DNA of 60,138 nucleotides from Patescibacteria group bacterium (GTDB taxonomy: Bacteria; Patescibacteriota; Minisyncoccia; Moranbacterales; GWC2-37-73): assembly GCA_022709565.1 (NCBI GenBank), contig JAKLIO010000002.1:1-60138 (forward strand), given 5' to 3'. Positions 34,801-42,581 of the stretch are shown piece by piece. Below the pieces are notes generated by a model, which made no database searches, was not told where the DNA came from, and saw nothing but the letters and a program-made list of their open reading frames with translations. Position 1 is the first letter of the stretch; every line of letters starts with the position of its first letter. Made by a program: the position numbers and the translations under genes.

Positions 34801-35276
34801 TATTCCATAGTAAAAAACACACCACTTGATCTGATGAGTTGGCTGACAACCACGCGCTCTACTCCGTTAATAATGAAGGTTCCGCGATCAGTCATGACCG
34901 GAAAATCACCCAGATAGATTTCCTGTTCTTTGATTTCCCCGTTTTTCTTAATAACTAAACGCGCCTTAGCTCTAAGAGGCGCTTCATAGGAAATATTTTT
35001 ATTCTTAGCGGTGAGCTCGTCAGTTTTGGGCTCATCCAAATAATAGTCAGTGAGCGAGAGTTCAAGATCCTTGCCGGTGAAATCATTGATCGGATTGATT
35101 TCATCGAATAATTCGCGAAGTCCTTTTTCCAAAAACCATTGATAGGCATCTTTCTGCGCTTCGATTAGGTTCGGAAGCGATACGACCAATTGTTTGTGGA
35201 AAAACTTTCTCCTGGAAAGTGAAGAAGCTGCTCCGTAAAATTCCTTCACTTTTAACACTTTGTTTTCTTTGACCAT
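31839..35276 (-). CDS. rpoB: DNA-directed RNA polymerase subunit beta
   Basis: About 1145 aa with conserved beta-subunit segments (GRHGNKGVIS, FGEMEVWALE). The first ATG is at 35276; the track start at 35291 is an alternative codon. Confidence 0.98.
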   Translation of the reverse strand: MVKENKVLKVKEFYGAASSLSRRKFFHKQLVVSLPNLIEAQKDAYQWFLEKGLRELFDEINPINDFTGKDLELSLTDYYLDEPKTDELTAKNKNISYEAPLRAKARLVIKKNGEIKEQEIYLGDFPVMTDRGTFIINGVERVVVSQLIRSSGVFFTMEYQKGKKLFGAKLIPNRGAWLEIETGLDGVLNVRIDRKRKIPVTSLLKAFGMEKDEEILKTFKDSDKGETKFIAETLAKDITKSQAEGYKEIYKRIRPGDLATAENAKQLVNSMFFNFDKYDFGSVGRYRLNQRLSVERPDNEENRILLMEDLLLIIKEIIRLNNDPHAIADDIDHLGNRRVRGVGELVQNKLRIGMARMARNIKDRMSTCDIETVVPGQLINSRPVAAAIKEFFSSSQLSQFMDQVNPLAELEHKRRLSAMGPGGLTRERAGFEVRDVHHSHYGRICPIETPEGPNIGLVGHMASYARINDFGFLETPYIKLYKEMDVKSENLVNRVLNENISGVGKSGEKITEEMAKKIAKSGKKTIKIKPYISDDIEYLNATVEDRCIITHARVETDDNRNIVEDIVEARVKGNPEMIESDKLDYIDVSAKQCISIATSLIPFLEHDDANRALMGSNMQRQAVPCIVPQAPFVGTGIEDKAASDSGQVVNAVNDGEVVEVDAAHIVIKEAAPVGAKKDNFKREYRLQSFQKSNAFTSMSQLPRVEKGQVVKKGQLLADGAATENGELALGQNPLVAFIPWDGYNFEDAIILSERLLRDDWYSSIHIEDFSIDVRDTKLGPEVVTRDIPNIGEERLKNLDETGIIRIGAEVSSGDILIGKITPKGEGDLTPEERLLRAIFGEKSKDVKDSSLYLPHGEHGKVVDIKILSREQGDKLSTGVIKQIQVSVAQLRKVSVGDKLAGRHGNKGVISRIAPVEDMPYLPDGTPIDVILNPLGVVSRMNIGQILETHLGWAALKLGYKAATPALDGITEEDIKGELRKAGLPENGKIRLIDGKTGEYFDNETTVGVMYVMKLNHLVEDKLHMRSIGPYSLITQQPLGGKAQFGGQRFGEMEVWALEGYGSAYTLQEMLTIKSDDVLGRSKAYESIIKGEKIKSPNIPASFHVLVNELKGLCLDVELIDSKLNEDDGLEDEPAYEKTGEDVDQI

Positions 35277-35519
35277 AAAAACAACTCTCACCAGTTCTCT
35301 TGGGCTTCGATAAGTATCTAAGAAGCTAAGAGCTCAGTAGCGAGTTTTAAGTTAAGGCTATTAAATTATTCGATTGTGTTTGTCATTCTCATTCCCCTAT
35401 TGAGAATAGTGTCAAATAAGCTTTTTTATGGCTGACTTGACAAAAAGATTGTGCACTGTTTTCACCCAAAAACAATGCAAAAAGTAGAAGTTCTTTCCTA
35501 AATCATGTGTGTACTAATT

Positions 35520-35556
35520 AAATTATCACATATGCGAAAAGTTGTCAACCCCGCCC
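35520..35556 (-). promoter_or_regulatory. rpoBC promoter
   Basis: Minus strand reads GGGCGGGG-TTGACA-acttttcgcatatgt-GATAAT, about 230 nt upstream of rpoB. Confidence 0.5.
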
Positions 35557-35630
35557 TTTTGGATATGAAAAAATACTATTTCTTTGCCAAAAGAGCGAGA
35601 TCAATCCCCTCCATTCTTGATACAAGAATA

Positions 35631-35653
35631 GCAAAAACCGCTCTTGCGAGCGG
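35631..35653 (-). terminator. Terminator of the 35687-36265 pair
   Basis: Minus-strand CCGCTC-gcaa-GAGCGG followed by TTTTTGC. Confidence 0.6.
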
Positions 35654-35686
35654 CCTCTGATAAAAAATCGTAGAAAAATTTTTCTA

Positions 35687-35941
35687 TTATTTCTTTTTCT
35701 TGGAAACGGCAACTATAACACCGGTAACTGCGGCACCAATGGCAGCGCCAATAGCGGCTGAAATGACAGCGGCTTTTTCAGGATTCTTTTTGACATAACT
35801 TTCAACTTTTTTAGCGGCAATGTCCATTTCCTTTTTGATCTTGACATACTCTTTGACGGCAATTTTTTTGAAATCAGCACCTTTTTCTCCGGCAATCTTA
35901 ACGTTTTTCTTAATTGCTCTTTTGATTTGTTTTTTGTCCAT
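35687..35941 (-). CDS. Tail-anchored membrane protein (ElaB/YqjD, DUF883-like)
   Basis: 84 aa with a Lys-rich helical N-terminus and a C-terminal transmembrane helix (AAVISAAIGAAIGAAVTGVIVAV). It is paired with a YqjE-like neighbour. Confidence 0.55.
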   Translation of the reverse strand: MDKKQIKRAIKKNVKIAGEKGADFKKIAVKEYVKIKKEMDIAAKKVESYVKKNPEKAAVISAAIGAAIGAAVTGVIVAVSKKKK

Positions 35942-35965
35942 TTTATTTATATTAAATTGATTAAC

Positions 35966-36265
35966 TTACTCTTGAGACTTATTATTGCCCACTAAATATC
36001 CAATAAGCACCGCCAGGACTCCGACCGTAATATATCCCAGTCCCGGAACAAATTTTCCCAAAACCGAATTCAGATAGACGGATGCTCCGATCAAAAGATA
36101 GAAAAGGCCGAAAATCATCAAAAGTGCGCCGATTGTCTTGCGCTTGAGCATTTTTACCCAAGCTTGCACTTTTTGGGAAACATTGTCGCCAATACGCTCA
36201 ACCATGTTGGCTACAAATCCCTGCACTAGACTTTTCCAATCATTTTTGTTTTGTGTTTTTTCCAT
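35966..36265 (-). CDS. Small two-TM membrane protein (YqjE / holin-X-like)
   Basis: 99 aa with two transmembrane helices (IGALLMIFGLFYLLIGASVYL and GLGYITVGVLAVLIGYLV). Confidence 0.5.
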   Translation of the reverse strand: MEKTQNKNDWKSLVQGFVANMVERIGDNVSQKVQAWVKMLKRKTIGALLMIFGLFYLLIGASVYLNSVLGKFVPGLGYITVGVLAVLIGYLVGNNKSQE

Positions 36266-36447
36266 ACAATTAATACATTGTTTTTAAATTTTTATTCGCT
36301 ATTTTCCCTTAAAATAAGAAAAAGACGGGCAAATCACCCATCTCTTATTCGCATATATCAATTATAGCACTTTTTGAGATAAAAATCAATAGCTACTGTT
36401 TCTTTGCATTTTGTATTTCCTAAAAGCTAGAAGCTAGCAGCTATAAG

Positions 36448-36705
36448 CTACCCCATGTTCCATGCTTTGGCGACAGTTTGGACAATGCGGGAAGATGTCA
36501 CTCCGGAAGTTTGGCTTATTTCAGGAGTCACTTTTTTAATTTCACTTTTATCTATATTATTTTTTCTCAGCAGTTCATTGATTTTAGGCAGCAGCTGCTC
36601 ACTCAAAGAATACTCGCCAAGCCACTCCGAACTATCAACGACTTTATTGCCGTTTTTTAAAGTTAATCTTATATCGTTACCATTTAAAAATATTTGTAGA
36701 ATCAT
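36448..36705 (-). CDS. Small protein with weak resemblance to the TsaB N-terminal region
   Basis: 85 aa from the internal Met. LSEQLLPKINELLRKNNIDKSEIKKV...TSGVTSSRIVQTVAKAW loosely parallels the TsaB pattern (LLP.i..LL....l....dl..iav..GPGSFTGLRIG...AKGL). Confidence 0.35.
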   Translation of the reverse strand: MILQIFLNGNDIRLTLKNGNKVVDSSEWLGEYSLSEQLLPKINELLRKNNIDKSEIKKVTPEISQTSGVTSSRIVQTVAKAWNMG

Positions 36706-36816
36706 AATGTAAATTTCTAATTTATAATTTTTAATTTCTAAACAATTTCCAATGAACAAATTTCAAAATTCAAAAATTTAAGCATTGTTTGAAAATTAGA
36801 AATTGAAAATTGAAAA

Positions 36817-37611
36817 TTATTTTTGGACGTTAGTCCAATTAATATTCCACGGATCTGTTTTTCTGCCTGGCGCAATGTCTTTGTGTCCTAAAATATATTT
36901 TATAGAATATCTGTTTTTAAGCGTGACGATCAAACTATTAAGTGCGCTATATTGCTCGCTGGTAAACTTTCCATCTTCAGTATTCATCATTTCAATGCCG
37001 ATGGAAAACGCGTTCACACCGGTTCTGCCATCCGGAACTTTGCTCTCTCCCGCATGATAGGCGATATTTTTGTCCGCGACCAGCTGATATATTTTTCCTT
37101 CCCGATCAATCAGATAGTGCGTCGCTACTCCGTATTGTTTGTACTCATTAAGCAATCCGCTGACACTGAATGGCTCACTGCCCAAGGCATCATAAGAAGA
37201 ATGCACAATAATCGTATCAATTTTTCGGCCGGAAGATTTTTCAAATCCCCAAGACACAAATCTTTCGATAATTTTCGCAGTGTTTTTTATTTCCGACTGC
37301 TCGTCGTTTGTCTCCGTATCTTCTTTTTCCTGATCACTATTCACTGCATCTTGTTCGCTGTCTGCTGCTTGTTGTTCCTTGTCTGCTGGATTTTGTATGC
37401 TGTCTACTTTCTGTTGACTGCTGTATTCTGCCTGCTGGCTGTTGTCTACTGTTTCTTGTTCATTGTTCACTGATCCCTGTTCGCTGTTAACAATACTAAC
37501 GGTTTTTTTCTCAGAAAAAAAAGCACAGCCGGAAAAAACCGCCACAAACAAAACAATAAAACTAATAATAATTATTTTCTTCTTATCCATGATGTAACTA
37601 TTGTAACTCAC
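36817..37611 (-). CDS. N-acetylmuramoyl-L-alanine amidase (Amidase_2/PGRP fold), lipoprotein
   Basis: Lipobox FSGC, a low-complexity Q/E/D linker, then IDTIIVHSSYD...THYLIDREGKIYQLV...AYHAG...FSIGIEMMN...LGHKDIAPGRKTDPW. Confidence 0.8.
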   Translation of the reverse strand: MSYNSYIMDKKKIIIISFIVLFVAVFSGCAFFSEKKTVSIVNSEQGSVNNEQETVDNSQQAEYSSQQKVDSIQNPADKEQQAADSEQDAVNSDQEKEDTETNDEQSEIKNTAKIIERFVSWGFEKSSGRKIDTIIVHSSYDALGSEPFSVSGLLNEYKQYGVATHYLIDREGKIYQLVADKNIAYHAGESKVPDGRTGVNAFSIGIEMMNTEDGKFTSEQYSALNSLIVTLKNRYSIKYILGHKDIAPGRKTDPWNINWTNVQK

Positions 37612-37669
37612 AACTTAAAATAAAGTAAATAAAAATTGAGCTTGTTTAGAAACTAAACAAGCTCGATAA

Positions 37670-38059
37670 TTAATATTTTACCCCGTGCCTAATGTCCCAT
37701 TCGGTAACATAGGGCGTAAAAGTTTTTCCCATGACTGATTTTGGCCCCAAACCCACATGCTTAGCATATATTTCAGGTAAAGGACAATCTTTTTTACATC
37801 CTACTCTTTCACTTTTAACCATTGTTACTCCCGGCATTCCACATATTAAATTCGTGCAAGGAGAACAATTTTTGGCAAAAATCTTTTTAAGGTGTTTGAA
37901 CATTTTTTCGCATTTTCTGCCACATAAATTAAGGTTCGTCCCCTTAAGATATTCGCCACAATCTTTACAGGGAGCTGTATTTTGATTAATCTTCCATGGT
38001 GGCATCCCTTTTTCTGGCTTTTCCAATTTCCAGTTCTCCTTTCCGCAGCATTGCTGCAA
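37670..38059 (-). CDS. Cys-rich hypothetical protein. Start uncertain: the track start is TTG.
   Basis: 129-aa ORF with many CxxC-type pairs (PCKDCGEY, CGRKCEK, CSPCTNLICG, GCKKDCP). No recognisable family. Confidence 0.45.
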   Translation of the reverse strand: MQQCCGKENWKLEKPEKGMPPWKINQNTAPCKDCGEYLKGTNLNLCGRKCEKMFKHLKKIFAKNCSPCTNLICGMPGVTMVKSERVGCKKDCPLPEIYAKHVGLGPKSVMGKTFTPYVTEWDIRHGVKY

Positions 38060-38147
38060 AATTTATTTGTTTTTATAGCTTATAGCAACCTTATTATTTT
38101 GTCCAATAAAAATGGATTAGGCATTATCAAATCATTTTATAAAAATT

Positions 38148-40337
38148 TTAATTCTCGAGTTTTTGATTGTCAGGATTATTGAGCTGTCCTGCCCATTGCT
38201 TATACAACGGATCATTGGCGTTAGGCATGGCAATGCTCATAGCTCCAGCCACCTGCCCTTTGCTGGTTTCGGGAGCAGGAACATATTCCACCCGCTTTTC
38301 CACTTTTTTCGGATCAGCCTTGCTGGCTTTTTCTTCGGATATTTTTTTGCCATTTCTGTAATAAGTTACTTTGGCGATCATATTTGTCGAAGCGCCGGCT
38401 AGCTGAACATCTTTTTTATCATCTCCTTTATAAGTATCATAGGCTATGAATGTTTCGTTCGGCTTGCTGGCCAGCACTTGTTGCATAAAATCATTCCAGA
38501 TCGGCGCCGCCACAAACACACCGTCCGCGCCGGCTTTCATCGGATGATTGTCGCTGTTGCCCGCCCAGACACCCACTGCGATTGAAGGAGTGTAACCGAC
38601 CGTCCACGCGTCGCGAAATTCGGAAGTAGTTCCGGTTTTAGCTGCCACTGTTTTGCCCACACTTTCCAAAGTCAAAGGACTCCGCGCTCCGAAAATCGGC
38701 GTGCGCGCTTTGTTGTCGGAAAGAATTGAATTTATTTTCCGCGCTACCTGCACATCCAAAACTCTTTCGGGAGAAATATTTTCCTGAAACAAAACATTGC
38801 CCCGGGAATCAACCATTTTTATGATTGGCTGATATGGAACCCGCAAACCTTCATTGGCGAAAACCGAAAAAGCGCTCGCCATATCCAAGAGTTTAACTTC
38901 GCCGCCGCCAAGCACCAATGACAAGCCGTAGCGTTTGCGATCATTAAGCGTGGTTATTCCCATTTTGTGCGCCAGATCAATTGCGCTGTCTATGCCAACT
39001 AAATAAAGAGTTTTGACGGCCGGCACATTGAGCGACATTGCCAAAGTGCTGCGCATCGGCAGAAGGCCGTGAAACTTTCCGTCATAATTTCTTGGAATAT
39101 ACGGACGGCCTGATCCATCCGGACCGAAATTAGTGCGCGCGTCCAAAATTTTTGTTTCCGGCTGGTATCCTTTAATAAAAGCGGTAGCATAGACAAAAGG
39201 TTTGAAGGCCGAACCCGGCTGGCGCGGACTCACTGTCACGTTGACTTGCCCGTCGATCGATTCATCATAAAAATCCTTGCTGCCGACCATCGCCAAAATA
39301 TTTCCATCTTTAGGATTCACCGCAACCAACGCGGCATTGGTGGCTCCGCGGGCAATATTTTTTTGCGCTCCGCGAGTAACAACATCTTCCGCGATTTTCT
39401 GCATATCATAATTGAGTGAAGTGTAAATTTTGAGTCCCTCCGTTTCAATAAATTCTTTTCCATATTCCTGTTCCAATTTTCCGAGCACAAAAAACACAAA
39501 ATGCGGAGCTTCAATCGGCTGATTAAGCGGTTTAACTTTGGCAAAAGTTTTTTCATTCAAAGCCATCTGCACTTCAGTTTCGGAAGCTAGTTTCAATTCT
39601 GCAATTCTTTTCAAAATAGCTTGCTGTCTCTGGACCAGCGCCTTGGAGTTTCCTCCGTACGGCGAATAATAGGAAGGCGCCTTTGGCAACGCCGCCAAAA
39701 AAGCCGCTTCATCCAATGTCAGATCGACGGCCTTTTTTCCAAAATAAGTTTCACTGGCAGTTTCCACGCCATAAGCATTGGCGCCATAAGGAACTTCATT
39801 GAGATATTGATCCAAGATTTCATCTTTCGTGTAGTGCCGTTCGATTTTCAGAGCAAAAACGGCTTCCAAAATTTTACGATGCATGGTTCTTTCCCTGGTC
39901 AGAAAAGCGTTGCGCGCCAATTGCTGAGTTATAGTCGAACCGCCTTGCATGATTTTATTGTTTTCCAAATTCACCTTGAGCGCCCGAACGATTGCGAGCG
40001 GATCTATGCCGATATGCTGGTAAAAATTTCCGTCCTCGGCAGCAATAGTTGCGACCCTGATGGAATCAGCAATTTCTTTGTGAGAAATAATCTTTCGATT
40101 TTCTTCTCCGTGCAGTTCATAAAGAACATGCTCTCCACTGCTGTCATAAACCGTGGACGTCTCCGCAATTTTGCGGTTAGCAATCTGGCTGGCCGCCGGC
40201 GTGGCGCTGTAATATAGCCAAAGCCCGGCGCAGACTGTCAAAAAACAGATGAGTAGTCCCGCGTCGAAAAGACCCAAAAAAATTTGTTTACCATAGAAAA
40301 AAGCATTTTTAGTTTTTTTTCGGCTTCTTTTCTCCAT
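38148..40337 (-). CDS. Class A penicillin-binding protein (glycosyltransferase plus transpeptidase)
   Basis: GT51 motifs (IAAEDGNFYQHIGID, GGSTITQQLARN, RKILEA) and transpeptidase motifs (SAFKPF, KTGTT). ATG at 40337. Confidence 0.9.
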   Translation of the reverse strand: MEKRSRKKTKNAFFYGKQIFLGLFDAGLLICFLTVCAGLWLYYSATPAASQIANRKIAETSTVYDSSGEHVLYELHGEENRKIISHKEIADSIRVATIAAEDGNFYQHIGIDPLAIVRALKVNLENNKIMQGGSTITQQLARNAFLTRERTMHRKILEAVFALKIERHYTKDEILDQYLNEVPYGANAYGVETASETYFGKKAVDLTLDEAAFLAALPKAPSYYSPYGGNSKALVQRQQAILKRIAELKLASETEVQMALNEKTFAKVKPLNQPIEAPHFVFFVLGKLEQEYGKEFIETEGLKIYTSLNYDMQKIAEDVVTRGAQKNIARGATNAALVAVNPKDGNILAMVGSKDFYDESIDGQVNVTVSPRQPGSAFKPFVYATAFIKGYQPETKILDARTNFGPDGSGRPYIPRNYDGKFHGLLPMRSTLAMSLNVPAVKTLYLVGIDSAIDLAHKMGITTLNDRKRYGLSLVLGGGEVKLLDMASAFSVFANEGLRVPYQPIIKMVDSRGNVLFQENISPERVLDVQVARKINSILSDNKARTPIFGARSPLTLESVGKTVAAKTGTTSEFRDAWTVGYTPSIAVGVWAGNSDNHPMKAGADGVFVAAPIWNDFMQQVLASKPNETFIAYDTYKGDDKKDVQLAGASTNMIAKVTYYRNGKKISEEKASKADPKKVEKRVEYVPAPETSKGQVAGAMSIAMPNANDPLYKQWAGQLNNPDNQKLEN

Positions 40338-40472
40338 AAAAGTTTCATAAAGCTTATGTACCAACTAATACAGCTGATTGTCCGATTTATTCGCCATTTT
40401 TGAGTCTTTTTTAAAAAAATCTTTCCTGAAATAGGAAAGATTTTTACATTCTAAACTATCTCCAAAGAGAAT

Positions 40473-41009
40473 TTATTTTATAGCCACCAGTTCCACATCA
40501 AAAATCAAAGTTGAATTGGCCGGAATTGAACCAACAGCTCTGGCGCCATATCCCATTTCAGCCGGAATAGTTAGTGTTCTTTTTTCTCCGACTTTCGCGC
40601 CTAAAAATCCCTGTTCCCAACCTTGGATAACCATGCCCTGCCCAACCGTAAATTCAAAAGGCACGCCCCGATCCACACTGGAATCAAATTTTGTGCCATC
40701 TGTCAGCTTGCCGGTATAGTGCACGCTGATTGTGTCTCCAGTTTTAACTTGTCTTTCGCCTGTTCCTTCTTGTGTTGTTTTAATTTCCAATCCCATAGTT
40801 TTATTATTGTTAGTATTATTTATTTTTTGCGCCTGGCCGGACTGGTCTGGATTTTTCTCTGAACTTTTATCAGCTACTGTTTCACTTTTTTCCGGTTGGA
40901 TGCTAATTTGATTTGTATCTACCGGAGCGCTGATGTCTTTTTGCAATAAAACAAAAACCAAGATCACGGCGGCTATTATTGCTACCAAAATAAGAATTCT
41001 TTTTTGCAT
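40473..41009 (-). CDS. FKBP-type peptidyl-prolyl cis-trans isomerase, membrane-anchored or secreted
   Basis: VHYTGKLTDGTKFDSSVDRGVPFEFTVGQGMVIQGWEQGFLGAKVGEKRTLTIPAEMGYG. Confidence 0.9.
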   Translation of the reverse strand: MQKRILILVAIIAAVILVFVLLQKDISAPVDTNQISIQPEKSETVADKSSEKNPDQSGQAQKINNTNNNKTMGLEIKTTQEGTGERQVKTGDTISVHYTGKLTDGTKFDSSVDRGVPFEFTVGQGMVIQGWEQGFLGAKVGEKRTLTIPAEMGYGARAVGSIPANSTLIFDVELVAIK

Positions 41010-41036
41010 TTGATTTTTTTTAAAAGTTACAAAAAA

Positions 41037-41477
41037 CTATTTAGCCTGCGTCGGCTGACTCGCATCTCCTTCCATTCTTATCGAATGCGCCAAGATTTTT
41101 CCTTCAGCATCTCTGAATCCCCTCGCGACAACTTTGTTGCCAACGGCAAAATTATCCAGCGTTTCGTTTTTCTTGCCGATATTGGTTTCCGGAGAAATCA
41201 AAACTTTCGTTTCGGCGCCGTCGGCATTTTTGACCACTATCTTATATTTATCTATCAGCACTATTTCTCCGGTCAAAGTTTCGGTTGTTTTATTTACCGG
41301 AACAAAACACACATCGTTGTCATTTTTTAGTATTCCAAATCTTCCCAGCTTGTTTTTTTCATACATAGCTCCGGCATAAAAAAAAGCCCCCGCGACTATC
41401 AGCATTAAAATTGTAGCAATCAAATATTTTTTATTATAACCGCAAACCAAACAATCCCCTTTTTCTTCGTTTGGCAT
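41037..41477 (-). CDS. Hypothetical membrane-anchored protein
   Basis: 146-aa ORF with one N-terminal transmembrane helix (LIATILMLIVAGAFFYAGA). Confidence 0.5.
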   Translation of the reverse strand: MPNEEKGDCLVCGYNKKYLIATILMLIVAGAFFYAGAMYEKNKLGRFGILKNDNDVCFVPVNKTTETLTGEIVLIDKYKIVVKNADGAETKVLISPETNIGKKNETLDNFAVGNKVVARGFRDAEGKILAHSIRMEGDASQPTQAK

Positions 41478-41478
41478 T

Positions 41479-41634
41479 TACCCTGTTAAATAAGATTTGA
41501 ATCTCCTTGCAAAGAGCCTCAGTCTTACTGTGAAAAAAGTTAATTTTTTATAAAATGTTTTTCCCTGTGATTTAAAAAATATCCAAATCTTAATTTCAAA
41601 TTTTTATAAAAATTTGAAATTATTTAACAGGGTG
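41479..41634. repeat. Nested intergenic palindrome
   Basis: The outer arms ACCCTGTTAAATAA and TTATTTAACAGGGT enclose the perfect palindrome AATTTCAAATTTTTATAAAAATTTGAAATT. Confidence 0.6.
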
Positions 41635-41704
41635 AATTTCATAAAAAATAATTATTAAACTCCTTAATGATTATACCCTGCTAATTTGCAAAGAGTCAAT
41701 TTTG

Positions 41705-41757
41705 AAAAATAAAAAAGGGCCGCATCTATTCATACAATAAAAATATGATATAGATGC
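41705..41757 (-). terminator. Terminator of the 41773-42087 gene
   Basis: Minus-strand GCATCTATA...TAGATGC followed by GGCCCTTTTTTATTTTT. Confidence 0.55.
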
Positions 41758-41772
41758 AACCCTCTGCGTCTT

Positions 41773-42087
41773 TTAATAAAGACTTACGTGAAGCTCCCAT
41801 ACGCCCTGAAAATCGGACGGTTTTGAGGAAGCTTCAAGTTTTTTTCCCTTAAAAATTTTTAAATCGTGGAACATCCCTTTCAAAATGACTCTTTCATTTT
41901 TCTCATCAACCAGCATTGTACTCCCCTGAGGGCTGTCGACACTGGGTCCGAACACCTTTACATCTTCGAGCGTTCCCCTGAATACATTCTCGTCTTCCGC
42001 TTTCACTTCTAATGCTACTACAGCGATAAGAAAAGAAACGAGAACAACAATTACCGATACAATAAAAATACGTTTTCCTTTATTCAT
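41773..42087 (-). CDS. Hypothetical secreted protein (104 aa)
   Basis: SD aaaGGGGGAAAatcaaaATG and an N-terminal signal/transmembrane segment (IFIVSVIVVLVSFLIAVVALEV). Confidence 0.55.
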   Translation of the reverse strand: MNKGKRIFIVSVIVVLVSFLIAVVALEVKAEDENVFRGTLEDVKVFGPSVDSPQGSTMLVDEKNERVILKGMFHDLKIFKGKKLEASSKPSDFQGVWELHVSLY

Positions 42088-42153
42088 TTTGATTTTCCCC
42101 CTTTGAATTTTATTTTGGCGTTAACCAAAAATACTACTCCTAAAATTAACTTT

Positions 42154-42226
42154 TGTCAACCCCGCACTAACTTTAGGCAAGTGCGTAGCACTAATTGCCT
42201 TCAGCAAGCCTAAAGTTAGTGCGGGG
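42154..42226 (-). promoter_or_regulatory. Perfect 19-bp inverted repeat abutting a TTGACA promoter
   Basis: CCCCGCACTAACTTTAGGC (42160-42178) pairs with GCCTAAAGTTAGTGCGGGG (42208-42226). The minus strand then reads GTGCGGGG-TTGACA, a 17-nt spacer and TAGTAT. Confidence 0.55.
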
Positions 42227-42269
42227 TCAATCCCCACCCAAAAACAGCCTTTTCTTGGGCTGTTTTAAA

Positions 42270-42324
42270 ACATGAGCGAGAAACGGGCCCGCCAAAGGCG
42301 GGTAAAAATCGAACTTGTAACCTG
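42270..42324 (-). pseudogene. Decayed tRNA 3'-half-like remnant directly downstream of tRNA-Gly(CCC)
   Basis: Minus strand reads ACAAGTTCGATTTTTACC-CGCCTTTGGCGGG-CCCGTTTCTCGCTCA. It repeats the T-loop (GTTCGATT) and acceptor-end (CTCGCT) words of the adjacent tRNA. Confidence 0.35.
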
Positions 42325-42395
42325 AGCGAGTGAGGAGAATCGAACTCCCGTCTAAACCTTGGGAAGGTCTCATTCTACCATTGAACTACACTCGC
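42325..42395 (-). tRNA. tRNA-Gly (anticodon CCC)
   Basis: Hand-folded cloverleaf: acceptor GCGAGTG/CACTCGC, anticodon stem AGACC/GGTTT with loop TTCCCAA, T arm GGGAG-TTCGATT-CTCCT. Confidence 0.85.
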
Positions 42396-42581
42396 TAAAC
42401 TGAAGGGATGGCTGCCACTATATTTATCCTGTTGCAAGCTTGCTTTGCTTCAGGGCTATTCTCGCATAAATATATTCTATCAAACAAAAAGCCACTATTC
42501 AATTACTCGCTTGCCAAATAACTTTTTTAGCGTTAATATCTCTTAACACAAAAACCAATAAATAAATACGGGAGGATTATA

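Noticed and set aside
28224-35149. Many plus- and minus-strand ORFs of 60-190 aa overlapping rpoC and rpoB (for example 29573-30157, 30239-30688, 34146-34577).
   Set aside because: They are antisense or out-of-frame shadows of two highly conserved long genes, and none has recognisable motifs.
36706-36759. 5' extensions of track ORFs (36448-36759, 22436-22759, 22778-23251, 21560-22270, 25400-26617, 50643-51014, 52857-54098, 57499-58059).
   Set aside because: In each case an internal ATG better matches an SD, a promoter position, a signal peptide or the conserved protein N-terminus. The extensions run into promoter or repeat sequence.
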